Part shown: positions 8,492-17,636 of the stretch, piece after piece
Layout: each line of letters opens with the position of its first letter
Position numbering within the stretch: the first letter of the stretch is position 1
Virus record (IMG/VR): IMGVR_UViG_3300017913_001833
Coordinates: 82,381 to 146,380 of that record
Strand: one strand, 5' to 3'
Length of the DNA: 64,000 bases
Source of the DNA: a virus
Lineage: Duplodnaviria > Caudoviricetes
Notes under the pieces: model-generated
The model's input: only the letters and a program-made list of their open reading frames with translations
The model's database searches: none
What the model was told of the DNA's origin: nothing
Made by a program: the position numbers and the translations under genes

Positions 8492-9328
8492 TTATAGGGT
8501 TATCATATGATCAGGCAATATATCGCCTTCTAGCAACATGTCAAAAGGATGTTTTACTCCAAAGAACTTGTTTGTTGCCCATGTTTTTTCAATAGGATCA
8601 TAGTCAAACCAAGGACTACATCCTATTACAAGATGTGTTCTAGTGTTGTCAGTTTTTTCTGTGCTAAAAACTTTGTGTGCTACATTTGTATCCCATGTAT
8701 ACAAGTTACCTACTTTTAAATTGTAAGGATCTTTGTTTTCCATTTGAAAATAAAATTCTTTACTAGTTGTAAGCGGAATGTTCAATCTAAGATTTATAAA
8801 AATACTTTCATCCCTATGCCAACCTACCTTAGGATCATCTGGAAAGTCTTTTGCAACAAGTGTGCTTATTCTACTTCTAACTATAGTAGGTTTAATTTGT
8901 GCAAGTAGATTTCCTAACTCTCCTTCTATACTACAAGGTGTAGGTTTTACAAATCCAAATGTGTCGTAATAACTGTCTTTTACATATTCATGATTGTGCG
9001 TTTGTGCATAAAAGAATTCACCTGTCTTATTCTTAGGTGTACCTATACTGTTAACATTTTCATCTATATTATCTTGATGATTTGGATTACTACGCAAACT
9101 TAAACTTTTATAAAAATTTACGTTTTGATTTTTAGTTTGCCAACCAACTGGATTGTATTTTTGTAAAATCTCTTGTACACTATTTTTTAACGCTTCAATA
9201 TCATAGTTAAACTGTAAAGATAAGTCACTATGTTTTGATTCAACTAAATGTTTGTTAAGTTTAGTTGCTTTTGTTAACCATTCGTGGACAGTAAATGCCT
9301 TAGGACATAATTCAACTGGGTACTTCAT
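8492..9328 (-). CDS. Aspartyl/asparaginyl beta-hydroxylase-like Fe(II)/2OG dioxygenase
   Basis: VRSRIS...GWHRD...LRLNIPL...LYTWDTNVAHKV...RTHLVIG. Confidence 0.75.
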   Translation of the reverse strand: MKYPVELCPKAFTVHEWLTKATKLNKHLVESKHSDLSLQFNYDIEALKNSVQEILQKYNPVGWQTKNQNVNFYKSLSLRSNPNHQDNIDENVNSIGTPKNKTGEFFYAQTHNHEYVKDSYYDTFGFVKPTPCSIEGELGNLLAQIKPTIVRSRISTLVAKDFPDDPKVGWHRDESIFINLRLNIPLTTSKEFYFQMENKDPYNLKVGNLYTWDTNVAHKVFSTEKTDNTRTHLVIGCSPWFDYDPIEKTWATNKFFGVKHPFDMLLEGDILPDHMITL

Positions 9329-9891
9329 AGACTTTCCTTGTATTGCTTGATATTTAATTCAGCAACTGTTTGAAGTGTATATTGTACTTCTACTTTTTGA
9401 TCTAGCCATGTTAGATTATTATATATTTTTCTTGGGCCACCAAACGTACTTGCTTTGCCTTCACTCATACGTCTTAGAAAATTAACAAGTCGATGATTAT
9501 AATCATTAAAAGTCATCCAAACTTTTTCATAACCTTGTGCATGCCAATAGTCTATCTGCAAAGGGAATATATTTCTTGCTTGACACCAGTGGCCTCCTCC
9601 TCTATAATCTGGATGAGTAAATGCCCTAACTCCAATAATAGGTATATCTTTCCACAAATACGTGCCACTCATAGCAATAGGTTTAACATCACGTACGATG
9701 TTAAACATATCAAATCTTTGCTTTTTATGTATTAGATGCAACAAAGTATAAGATTTGTTTTCCCAGCCATTAATATCATAATTTTTATAGGCATTTTCTT
9801 TTAGACTATATGCATACTCACTTAGATATTGTAAATCTAAATTTTGAATATCTGTAATTTTTCCGCGGTATAACGAATCAGTTTTGATCAT
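9325..9891 (-). CDS. GNAT-like acetyltransferase
   Basis: PIAMSG...VRAFTHPDYRGGG (motif A) and GYEKVWMTFN. Confidence 0.65.
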   Translation of the reverse strand: MIKTDSLYRGKITDIQNLDLQYLSEYAYSLKENAYKNYDINGWENKSYTLLHLIHKKQRFDMFNIVRDVKPIAMSGTYLWKDIPIIGVRAFTHPDYRGGGHWCQARNIFPLQIDYWHAQGYEKVWMTFNDYNHRLVNFLRRMSEGKASTFGGPRKIYNNLTWLDQKVEVQYTLQTVAELNIKQYKESL

Positions 9892-9894
9892 AAA

Positions 9895-10392
9895 CTAGAT
9901 TGCTCCTACACTAACCAACTTCTTAAATGTGTAAGGAAATTTGCATTGTAGCACAAATGCACTACGCCAGCCATCTGTGTTATTTTCATAACCATGCCAA
10001 GAGCTACAATCAAATGCAGTAGGACAATCTATCAGCACACTATCAATTTTTTTGCCGTCAATACTCTCATAAAAATCTAAAGGTGTGCTATAGTTGTCTA
10101 AAGGAAAAAGTATATTGACTGTGCGTTTAATTTCACCCGCTGCACTATCTTCGTGTGCTTCTACAATACTATTAGCTTGTGTTCTTATAAAACTACAACT
10201 ATAGAATATTTTACTCATTGCAAATTGATCTAATATCTCTTTAACATAATAATTTTTCATATCATATGCACTATGAACTTGCTGAGGAACTTTTCGTCCT
10301 ATTTCTTTATATCCATCACTATAGGTTAAACTTTGTGCAATCTCTAACAATGCATCTTTAGAATATTTTATATGAGGTAATTGTTTATACAT
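9895..10392 (-). CDS. Putative Fe(II)/2OG dioxygenase
   Basis: AHED...VNILFPL...FDCSSWHGYEN...WRSAFVL. Confidence 0.65.
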   Translation of the reverse strand: MYKQLPHIKYSKDALLEIAQSLTYSDGYKEIGRKVPQQVHSAYDMKNYYVKEILDQFAMSKIFYSCSFIRTQANSIVEAHEDSAAGEIKRTVNILFPLDNYSTPLDFYESIDGKKIDSVLIDCPTAFDCSSWHGYENNTDGWRSAFVLQCKFPYTFKKLVSVGAI

Positions 10393-11111
10393 TAACTTTC
10401 AGCCGCTTCTAGAATGTTCAAAACTCTTAATACATTTTCATAAGTCTTAGGAATGTTGAGAACTAAATGTATACTGCCGTGCTGATAACTATGTGTCCTA
10501 TGTTGTTTACGGGTATCAATATAGTAACACCGGCCTTCTTCAATACTGCGTATACTGTAATCATGCTCCCATTGATAACTTTGATGTCCTGTATTTGTTA
10601 AAAATGCTACTATACGAAAACATTTGCGTTGTAGTAACACACCATCTCTATGGCTTGGAAACCATCCACCTTTGTTAACTTTTACAAGTGTGCAACGTCC
10701 TAACTTAGGAAAGTAATCTAATATAGGATGTAAGCTAGGAGTATCATGATATAATTGTGTAGGTGTATCGAAGTCAAGTTCATTTAATTTACGACCAGCT
10801 CGTTTTTGTGCTTCTGGCATACTAATACTATCTTGTGGTGTATCACCAGGTAACCCTACCATGTTAAGTCCGTCTCTATCATTAAGACTACCTTCACGGT
10901 GTAAGTAAGGAACCCACTGTCCGTCATATTTAGAAATTTCTTTTCTAAATTCACTTAGGTTAATTTTAATTGAAAGAGGAACAAAATCACCAATTGCATC
11001 AAGTTGCATTTCAGTAGCAATATCCAAAAGTTTTGGATGTGAAAACGTACCGTCTTTAAATGATTGTAAATAATCAATTTTAAGTTTTTTCTTTTCTTCT
11101 TCTGTTATCAT
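10392..11111 (-). CDS. Aspartyl/asparaginyl beta-hydroxylase-like Fe(II)/2OG dioxygenase
   Basis: GGWFPSHRD...EGRCYYIDTRKQH...SIHLVLN. Confidence 0.72.
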   Translation of the reverse strand: MITEEEKKKLKIDYLQSFKDGTFSHPKLLDIATEMQLDAIGDFVPLSIKINLSEFRKEISKYDGQWVPYLHREGSLNDRDGLNMVGLPGDTPQDSISMPEAQKRAGRKLNELDFDTPTQLYHDTPSLHPILDYFPKLGRCTLVKVNKGGWFPSHRDGVLLQRKCFRIVAFLTNTGHQSYQWEHDYSIRSIEEGRCYYIDTRKQHRTHSYQHGSIHLVLNIPKTYENVLRVLNILEAAES

Positions 11112-11800
11112 TGTATCTCCGTAAAAATACTTAGTCCTATTTTTCTGTCAACCCCTAGCTTTGTAAAGTCACTTGAACAATGTATTCGTAAACTATCAAA
11201 AGCAATTATACTTCCTATAGTCCAAGGAAAAAATCCTTTCACACTTAATCCTTCAAGCCAATTATCTTTCAAATGAGTTAAGACATTTCTAATAGGTTGC
11301 GGTATTCCATTTTTATTTGTGTTTTCTACTTCACTATAATCATATAATGGTTGATTGTAATAAAATGGTATATCTAAATCTTGTTCACCGTTGAACAATT
11401 TTACAGGACCGCCATAATAGTATTGGTCAAACATAACTAGTTTTATTTTGTTACAATCTCCTTTATCTACCCATAAAGGTATAGTAAATGCTTTGTACAC
11501 ATCTGGATATTCAAAACTATCATCTATGTGTAGCACATGAGGACTAGTAACATCAAAATAATGTGCAGACCTTACTTTGAAATTTCCAAACTGTTTACGT
11601 AACAAATCTAGTATGTCATCAATTACGTCTTCACCTTCTTCAACATACACAACTTTAGGACCTGTATTCTTTTCTATCTTTTCACTTGCATGATAATATT
11701 CAAGCAAACTTGTAATTTTGTCTTGATTAATTACATTTAATAATTGTGTAGATTCAGAATGTGTTTTCTTAATCCTGTTTATCTGCTCTGTTGTTCTCAT
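11108..11800 (-). CDS. Putative Fe(II)/2OG dioxygenase
   Basis: VLHID...FTIPL...WTIGSIIAFDSLRIHCS...KIGLSIFT. The likely start is ATG 11800 (MRTTEQ); the ORF-track extension overlaps the upstream gene. Confidence 0.62.
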   Translation of the reverse strand: MRTTEQINRIKKTHSESTQLLNVINQDKITSLLEYYHASEKIEKNTGPKVVYVEEGEDVIDDILDLLRKQFGNFKVRSAHYFDVTSPHVLHIDDSFEYPDVYKAFTIPLWVDKGDCNKIKLVMFDQYYYGGPVKLFNGEQDLDIPFYYNQPLYDYSEVENTNKNGIPQPIRNVLTHLKDNWLEGLSVKGFFPWTIGSIIAFDSLRIHCSSDFTKLGVDRKIGLSIFTEIQ

Positions 11801-12908
11801 CTTTAACTTTCGGTATCTTACTATCTGCAGAACTAACACAGCTCTTAGTAATACACGTTTTTGGCTCTTTAAACAGTTTAAAGCCTGTCTCGATGTTACC
11901 AAGGGGTGCATCATGGCAAGAATAACTTCTTTTTACCGAACCGTCAGGCTCCCGTATTATTATTCCGCTAAAACCGGCGTTACACCGCCATCCTTCGAAT
12001 TTATTAAAATTAAAGGCATTAAAGCGTTCTGCTTGGTCCATATACCACTTTTTACCTGTAGAGTCTTTTAGCTCTACTTGCATGTGCCATGGAACACTTG
12101 CATCATTCTTACCTGTTACTCCTGCAGGGATTTGGAATGTTGGTTTTGGTCTGCCTTCCCATTGCCTTTTGCTTTCTGTATAGGCTCGCTGGGGCATTCC
12201 GTTCCAGAGTCTGTCGAGTTGGTCTTTTGTGTATCCTTCAACAACTCGTGATGCTGTTGGATCAGACTGGGGTTTGAGAGTGACATTAATGCCTCTGGAA
12301 TGGAAAAATAAGGCATTGCTCCAGTCTCGTTCAAACCATTCTGGAACCATGACCATATTGATCGTAACTTGGATATCATGTTCTTGACATAGGATGAGTT
12401 TATTTGCAAACTCTTCCATCCTTTCAGTAGTATTTACATGTTCTGTGTGTAAACTAGCTGTAATAGAGGCCCTATGGAAAGGTTTTGCATACTCTACATA
12501 TGTTTCAAACCACTTCATAGGCCTGCTACAATTACTTGTCATATGTATGCTTGTATAATTTGTATTTCCTACATCATCTGCTAGATGTTTTAATATGTCC
12601 AAGTATCCAGGATGGAAAGTAGGTTCTCCTCCCGACAAGGAGAAATGGAAAGAATTGAAGCCGTTGAGTCTGGCTTGACGTTTGATTTCATCCACTGTAA
12701 GCAAGCAGAGCTCGGTAGGACGGTGGTCTTTACGATCACTTCTTGCGTAAGGCCAACAGTAGGAACATCTGTAGTTACAGAACCTTCCGAGTAACCAGGA
12801 TACAGTAAATAGATCGCGATAAAGCAGAGTACGTTGACCCACAGAGACAATGTCATCAAAAGGGATCTTAGTAAAGTCATAATTACTCCATTTCAAATCT
12901 TCATTCAT
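11769..12908 (-). CDS. Radical SAM enzyme with C-terminal SPASM/twitch-like Cys cluster (subfamily A)
   Basis: CNYRCSYC, LSGGEPT, MTSN; C-terminal CNAG...SC...C...C. Confidence 0.9.
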   Translation of the reverse strand: MNEDLKWSNYDFTKIPFDDIVSVGQRTLLYRDLFTVSWLLGRFCNYRCSYCWPYARSDRKDHRPTELCLLTVDEIKRQARLNGFNSFHFSLSGGEPTFHPGYLDILKHLADDVGNTNYTSIHMTSNCSRPMKWFETYVEYAKPFHRASITASLHTEHVNTTERMEEFANKLILCQEHDIQVTINMVMVPEWFERDWSNALFFHSRGINVTLKPQSDPTASRVVEGYTKDQLDRLWNGMPQRAYTESKRQWEGRPKPTFQIPAGVTGKNDASVPWHMQVELKDSTGKKWYMDQAERFNAFNFNKFEGWRCNAGFSGIIIREPDGSVKRSYSCHDAPLGNIETGFKLFKEPKTCITKSCVSSADSKIPKVKDENNRADKQD

Positions 12909-12913
12909 AATAT

Positions 12914-12942
12914 ACTATAACACCACTACAGCTATTTGTCAA
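12914..12942 (-). promoter_or_regulatory. Sigma70-type promoter TTGACA-N17-TATAGT with extended -10 (TGn), 5 nt before the ATG
   Basis: Minus strand reads TTGACA aatagctgtagtggtgt TATAGT atatt ATG(12908). Confidence 0.75.
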
Positions 12943-12945
12943 TAG

Positions 12946-12960
12946 TATTTACGATAAATA
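12946..12960. promoter_or_regulatory. Back-to-back late promoter cores (GTAAATA on -, ATAAATA on +)
   Basis: TATTTACGATAAATA followed by TTTAGGAGAC, nearly identical to the element at 2415-2444. Confidence 0.6.
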
Positions 12961-12978
12961 TTTAGGAGACAGTACAAA

Positions 12979-13560
12979 ATGACTTTGCTAGACTACGCAA
13001 AAACTATAGAACCTTGTCAAAGGAACTGGGACGAAGATTACGAAGTTCCAGATGAACATATAGATTACATATTAGACGTATGCACAACAGTTCCCACAAA
13101 ACAAAACCTAAACACCTATAGCTTAGTTACTATTACAGACAGAGAAACTATAGAAAATATATATAAAAAGTGTGCTTTTGATCCACAAGGCTATGCAGCA
13201 ACTTATCTAAAAAACAGCCAAGTAAATGCAAATGCTTTGTTCATATGGTGCAATGGCACAGACAAGGCTGAATTCAAAGATGATGTAGATATTGCAGTTG
13301 GTATAAGTTCTGGTGCTGCTGCACTTGCGGCAGCTGAACTAGGTTACAAAACAGGTTTTTGCAAATGTTTTGAACCAAGACCTCTAAGAAAAATTCTTAG
13401 AAAAGCAGGTGTAAAAGATTACAATCATGGTATACTAATGTTAGGGGTAGGTAAACCTAACGAGGATTTTCCTAGACATTACATTGTACGTGATGGAAGA
13501 TACGCAGGTTTGCAACCTCCTAAAGGTGACAAAAATATTTTGCGTCAAAGGATTAAGTAG
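12979..13560 (+). CDS. Nitroreductase-family flavoprotein
   Basis: CQRNWD, VPTKQN, ALAAAELGYKTGFCKC, LMLGVGKP; AGGAG Shine-Dalgarno sequence upstream. Confidence 0.8.
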   Translation: MTLLDYAKTIEPCQRNWDEDYEVPDEHIDYILDVCTTVPTKQNLNTYSLVTITDRETIENIYKKCAFDPQGYAATYLKNSQVNANALFIWCNGTDKAEFKDDVDIAVGISSGAAALAAAELGYKTGFCKCFEPRPLRKILRKAGVKDYNHGILMLGVGKPNEDFPRHYIVRDGRYAGLQPPKGDKNILRQRIK

Positions 13561-14719
13561 ATAATACACCTACGTCAAAATGATTAGCAACAACAGATTT
13601 ATAATTTTCTTTATACCTACTTTTAGGTGCACATAATCCGCAACCGCACACATGCTTAGGACAAGTTATAGTAGGCATAGTTTGTGATTCTAACATTTGT
13701 TTCAAGTTAGCAATAATATCTTTACCCTCACTTATTTTACCAATTGGGCCACGTGTACCATCAAAACGTGCTTGACATGTTTGATGATGGAAAACGCTGT
13801 CAGTTTGTTGTTCTAAATGTAAGAAGAACCAGTTTACACTGCACTGCCAGCCTTTGAATTCACGTAAGTCTACAAATGTTGCATTACGACTTTTTCCATT
13901 ACTGCTTAAACACATTTCTCTGCTACCGCAGCAAGGTCTGCCTTCTACTAGTCCTAGTTTTTTCTTTTCGCTAGTCTTTTCGCCTGCGGCACTTAGTACT
14001 TTTGTAACTTCTTTTTCTTTGTTAAGTTTTGCGTTTTTATTTTTCCAGAAGTCACGCATGTATGTAAGTTGTTCTTCGTTATACTTGTGTGCAAAACTGG
14101 GCTTGCTATCAGGTTCTTCACCAATAACCCGTGGTACATACTTTACACCATGTGTATCTAAGTAATCACACAAGTCCTTGCATTCGTCAAAATGCTCTGC
14201 ATGGAACATTACATTGACACTCATAGTAAGTCCGTGTTCTGGTCCATGTGTGTGAAATTGTAAAATCCTATCTCTTACTTGCTGTTTAAGTTTTTCATCA
14301 CTCTCAGCATGGTAACTTACAGTTATATGACGCATGTTTTCCATAACACGCTGAGCCATTTTTTCGCCCATTGCTCCATTACTTGTTAGTGCAAAGTTAG
14401 CTTTCCATTTATGTGCATACTTTGTTTCATATTCACTTTTTAAATATTGTATAAAAGGTATAAAGTTTGGATTTACAGTAGGTTCGCCTCCAGTAAAGCC
14501 TATACTTGTAAACTTAAAATCTCTGTATTGCATGTATGTGTCAATATACTCGAACAAAAAGTCTGTATTTGCTTTAAGTTCATCTAAACTAGCATGGGGA
14601 CTATAATTATCATGTCGTGTAACAGGACAATAACTACAATCGTAATTACAACGTCTGCCTAAATCCCAAGTAACTTGAAAAACATTACCTGTTTTAAGAT
14701 CTAAAGTATCAAAGCTCAA
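13553..14719 (-). CDS. Radical SAM enzyme with C-terminal Cys cluster (subfamily A)
   Basis: WDLGRRCNYDCSYC, FTGGEPT, LTSNG; C-terminal CSVN...C...CPKHVCGCGLC. GGAGG precedes a TTG start at 14719. Confidence 0.9.
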   Translation of the reverse strand: MSFDTLDLKTGNVFQVTWDLGRRCNYDCSYCPVTRHDNYSPHASLDELKANTDFLFEYIDTYMQYRDFKFTSIGFTGGEPTVNPNFIPFIQYLKSEYETKYAHKWKANFALTSNGAMGEKMAQRVMENMRHITVSYHAESDEKLKQQVRDRILQFHTHGPEHGLTMSVNVMFHAEHFDECKDLCDYLDTHGVKYVPRVIGEEPDSKPSFAHKYNEEQLTYMRDFWKNKNAKLNKEKEVTKVLSAAGEKTSEKKKLGLVEGRPCCGSREMCLSSNGKSRNATFVDLREFKGWQCSVNWFFLHLEQQTDSVFHHQTCQARFDGTRGPIGKISEGKDIIANLKQMLESQTMPTITCPKHVCGCGLCAPKSRYKENYKSVVANHFDVGVLST

Positions 14720-15677
14720 TGCCGTTTTCCTCCAATGCCCATGCTTTTTCTTTACACCAATAACAATGACCACATTCTTCAACATTTTTATCTTTGTTAT
14801 ACCAAAATGCATCTTTGCCTGCTAGAGGTCCTTGCATACTGCTTCCGTCACCTTCGCAACTACGTGTAAGTTTAAGCAAGTCAAGTAGATCCATATTTTT
14901 GTATTGTTTAATCACCCAATCTTTTTCGATATACTTGAACGGGTGTAGTTCCCAGAAGTGTGTTTTACAAATAGCAAGGTCATGTATGTCAGCTTTTTGA
15001 ATATCTACATCTCTATTTTGCATCCTATCTTCAGGTGCTATATCTAAATCTGCATTTTTTGTAATAGCAGTAAATATTGCTTGGTAATTATTTTCATATG
15101 CTATGTATTCATTATACTTTTCGACAATAACTTGATCGCCGCTTCGCTGTTTTGGTTCATGTATAATATATCCTATAGCACCGTGTTCAAGTTCTGGTGG
15201 AATAAAGTTTGTATTTTGTACACCGATAGTGTCGCCCCAGATATCTTTTAACTTATTATAAACTATTTTACTGATAGGCATCTGCCAAGGTCTGTTTCTC
15301 CAACCTCTATTGTGTGTGATAAGGTCAATAGTGATGTTGTAGTTGTTTTCCTGTATAATATTTGCTAGTATGCTTGTTAACACTGCACTATCAGCGCCGC
15401 CAGATAAATTAACTGCTATCCTTTCCCAACTTGGATTCAAAGGTATATACAATCCGTCAACAAAATGCAAATGGAAACCGTGTTTTTTCAACAAACTACG
15501 ATTTTCGTCTTTACGTCTTACTGTGAGTTTGCGTATTTCTTCTTCTTTTTCAATGCCACTTGCATCACTTTCACGTATAGCATCAATTTTTTCATTAACT
15601 CTACTGTGCAATACTTTTTGATATTCTACTATGTCAAAGTCAAAGTACTGATAGGTATCATATTGCTGTTTGGTCAT
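14709..15677 (-). CDS. QueC-like PP-loop ATPase with Zn-binding Cys motif
   Basis: VNLSGGADSA; HPF..IEK; TRSC...CGHCYWCKEK. Confidence 0.75.
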   Translation of the reverse strand: MTKQQYDTYQYFDFDIVEYQKVLHSRVNEKIDAIRESDASGIEKEEEIRKLTVRRKDENRSLLKKHGFHLHFVDGLYIPLNPSWERIAVNLSGGADSAVLTSILANIIQENNYNITIDLITHNRGWRNRPWQMPISKIVYNKLKDIWGDTIGVQNTNFIPPELEHGAIGYIIHEPKQRSGDQVIVEKYNEYIAYENNYQAIFTAITKNADLDIAPEDRMQNRDVDIQKADIHDLAICKTHFWELHPFKYIEKDWVIKQYKNMDLLDLLKLTRSCEGDGSSMQGPLAGKDAFWYNKDKNVEECGHCYWCKEKAWALEENGIEL

Positions 15678-16996
15678 ACTACTTCCTTTACATCCATGCT
15701 TTCTAGTTTATATTTTTTGAAATACTGATTGAAATCTTGCTTCCACAGCTTGTCCATCCTATTGGCATATATTATAAATGCTGTTTTGTCTTTTTCATGT
15801 GTTTTATGATTCACTATATAATTTCTTACTTCTTCTAAGTCTCTAAGCAAAACATATATGTCCATAAATTTATTTTTTTCCTTGTTGTACCCTCTATGAT
15901 TTTCATAACCTTCAAGTGATAAACGCTTTTTCTCAACTTTTCTTATTGCTTTGATAGTTCTTTTTATATCTACAAGTATACGCTTGCCAAATATTCTGTA
16001 TGCAACCGCAGGATTAATGTACGCAGGTGTATACACAATGCTCATCGAAACCATATTTAAATTTAATGACAACAAACTTACTAGAATATTTTGAATATCA
16101 AGCATTTGGTATATGCTTGTTGTACATACAGCATCTAATATTGTATGATTGTTGATACTTTTAAATTTTTCTAAATTATCTTTAAGAACATTCCAATCTC
16201 CGTCCCTAAAATAACTGTAAATGTTAGTACCACTGTCTACGCTTATCTTTATTGTGCTTTCTCCAAAAGGTTTGAGTAATTCATTTAACCGTTCAACATC
16301 AAATTTTGCATTAAAGTTTGTGTGGAAGAATATTTCAATATTAGAAGCGTTTGGATGCTCGGCTAATTTTTCTAAAACTGCAAAGAATTGTTTTTGATAT
16401 AACACTTCGCCGCCAGCAAAATCAATTTTTTGTATGTTAGGAAAATTTACAACTAGATCATTTGCAATTTCTAATGCATCTGCTTTACTTAAACGTATTT
16501 GTGTAGTATCATCAGGACCTTCTCTATGCTGTGTTTTTAACAGTTGTATGAGATTGTGCTTCTCATCAAGTTGGTCAGGCACATAATTTTTTAATCTAGC
16601 CGCCCAATTACTACTATATACTTCGCTACAATGTAAACAAGCCATGTTACAACTATTACTGAATCTTAATTCAACATGTTTTAATCCTGTCAAAGGCATA
16701 ATTCCTGTTTTAGGATCATATTCACGCAAGTCTATTCTATTCTGATAGTCTTGCCGCATACTACGAGTGCCTTCTCTCTCTGCTTCTTCGCACAAATGAC
16801 ATGCGTCTGGCCATTTGCCTTTATCCAGTTGCTGTCTAAATTTTCTAAATTTATCGTTATTCCAAAATTCACTAGGAAGTTTGCTGTCGATAGTCTGTAG
16901 CCTAGCAGGATTGATAGGACATGTTGTTACAAATCCATTCTTATAATTTAAACCACTGTATGCATAATAGCAAGGTAATTTAGATTTGCGCTTCAT
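15674..16996 (-). CDS. Radical SAM enzyme with N-terminal twitch-like domain (subfamily B)
   Basis: N-terminal C...TC...FWN...R...P.AC.LC...E..G..S.R; CNMACLHC; DFAGGEVL; HTN; SVD. Confidence 0.88.
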   Translation of the reverse strand: MKRKSKLPCYYAYSGLNYKNGFVTTCPINPARLQTIDSKLPSEFWNNDKFRKFRQQLDKGKWPDACHLCEEAEREGTRSMRQDYQNRIDLREYDPKTGIMPLTGLKHVELRFSNSCNMACLHCSEVYSSNWAARLKNYVPDQLDEKHNLIQLLKTQHREGPDDTTQIRLSKADALEIANDLVVNFPNIQKIDFAGGEVLYQKQFFAVLEKLAEHPNASNIEIFFHTNFNAKFDVERLNELLKPFGESTIKISVDSGTNIYSYFRDGDWNVLKDNLEKFKSINNHTILDAVCTTSIYQMLDIQNILVSLLSLNLNMVSMSIVYTPAYINPAVAYRIFGKRILVDIKRTIKAIRKVEKKRLSLEGYENHRGYNKEKNKFMDIYVLLRDLEEVRNYIVNHKTHEKDKTAFIIYANRMDKLWKQDFNQYFKKYKLESMDVKEVV

Positions 16997-17636
16997 TAGT
17001 AAAAATATCCTTTTGCATCAACCAGTCGGCTTGCCATCTACAACCAGCAGGACCAAAATGATGATTGTCATCTTCTTTAGTGAATGTTTTATACTGTTTT
17101 TCACCCAACAACTCTTTTACTATTTCAATATTTTCAAAATCACTGTGAGAATTTTTAAAATGAAAAAACATAAAGTTAGACTTTGCCTGTGCATAATGAC
17201 AATGCACTAGATGCTGATGTTTCATTGTTTTGTTACTAGTAAACTTGTAGTACAATTTTCTATATTTGATTATATCTTTTTCTGGAGGCATAAAAGCATG
17301 GAAAGAATTAGGAGTAAACCCAACTACTTTTTTATCAGGCACAGGATTTTCTAGCCTAAAATAATTATCTGTTTCAGTAATAAACTTAGGTTCGTAATTT
17401 TCTTCCCAAGCTGTTACTCTTCCGTGATTCGTAACTTGAAAAACAAAACAATTATTATCTTCAGGAAATTTTTTTATTGCATAATCTAACAGATATGTTG
17501 CAACATTTATACTTGTACCTGCTATTGCCCAATTATAAAAGTTTTTGCTAGGAAGTAATCTTGCAAGCTCTTTTACATAGTTGTTTTTCGGCCATCCTGT
17601 CCAGCTACAACCAAAGAAATGATAATTGTCAAACAT
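16980..17636 (-). CDS. SGNH/GDSL-like hydrolase or acyltransferase
   Basis: FFGCSWT (block I), YNWAIAGTS (block II), DNHHFGPAG (block V). Confidence 0.6.
   Translation of the reverse strand: MFDNYHFFGCSWTGWPKNNYVKELARLLPSKNFYNWAIAGTSINVATYLLDYAIKKFPEDNNCFVFQVTNHGRVTAWEENYEPKFITETDNYFRLENPVPDKKVVGFTPNSFHAFMPPEKDIIKYRKLYYKFTSNKTMKHQHLVHCHYAQAKSNFMFFHFKNSHSDFENIEIVKELLGEKQYKTFTKEDDNHHFGPAGCRWQADWLMQKDIFTNEAQI

Noticed and set aside
7721-14812. ORF-track N-terminal extensions at 7721-7789, 11801-11914 and 14720-14812 (also 569-586, 2423-2449 and 3629-3661)
   Set aside because: They overlap neighbouring genes or promoter motifs; downstream starts with coupling overlaps or Shine-Dalgarno sequences fit better.
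13553-15677. 7-deazaguanine DNA modification operon (queC + queE)
   Set aside because: The adjacent radical SAM is about 390 aa with a C-terminal Cys cluster and is paralogous to 11769-12908 rather than QueE-like; no folE, queD or dpdA is present in the window.
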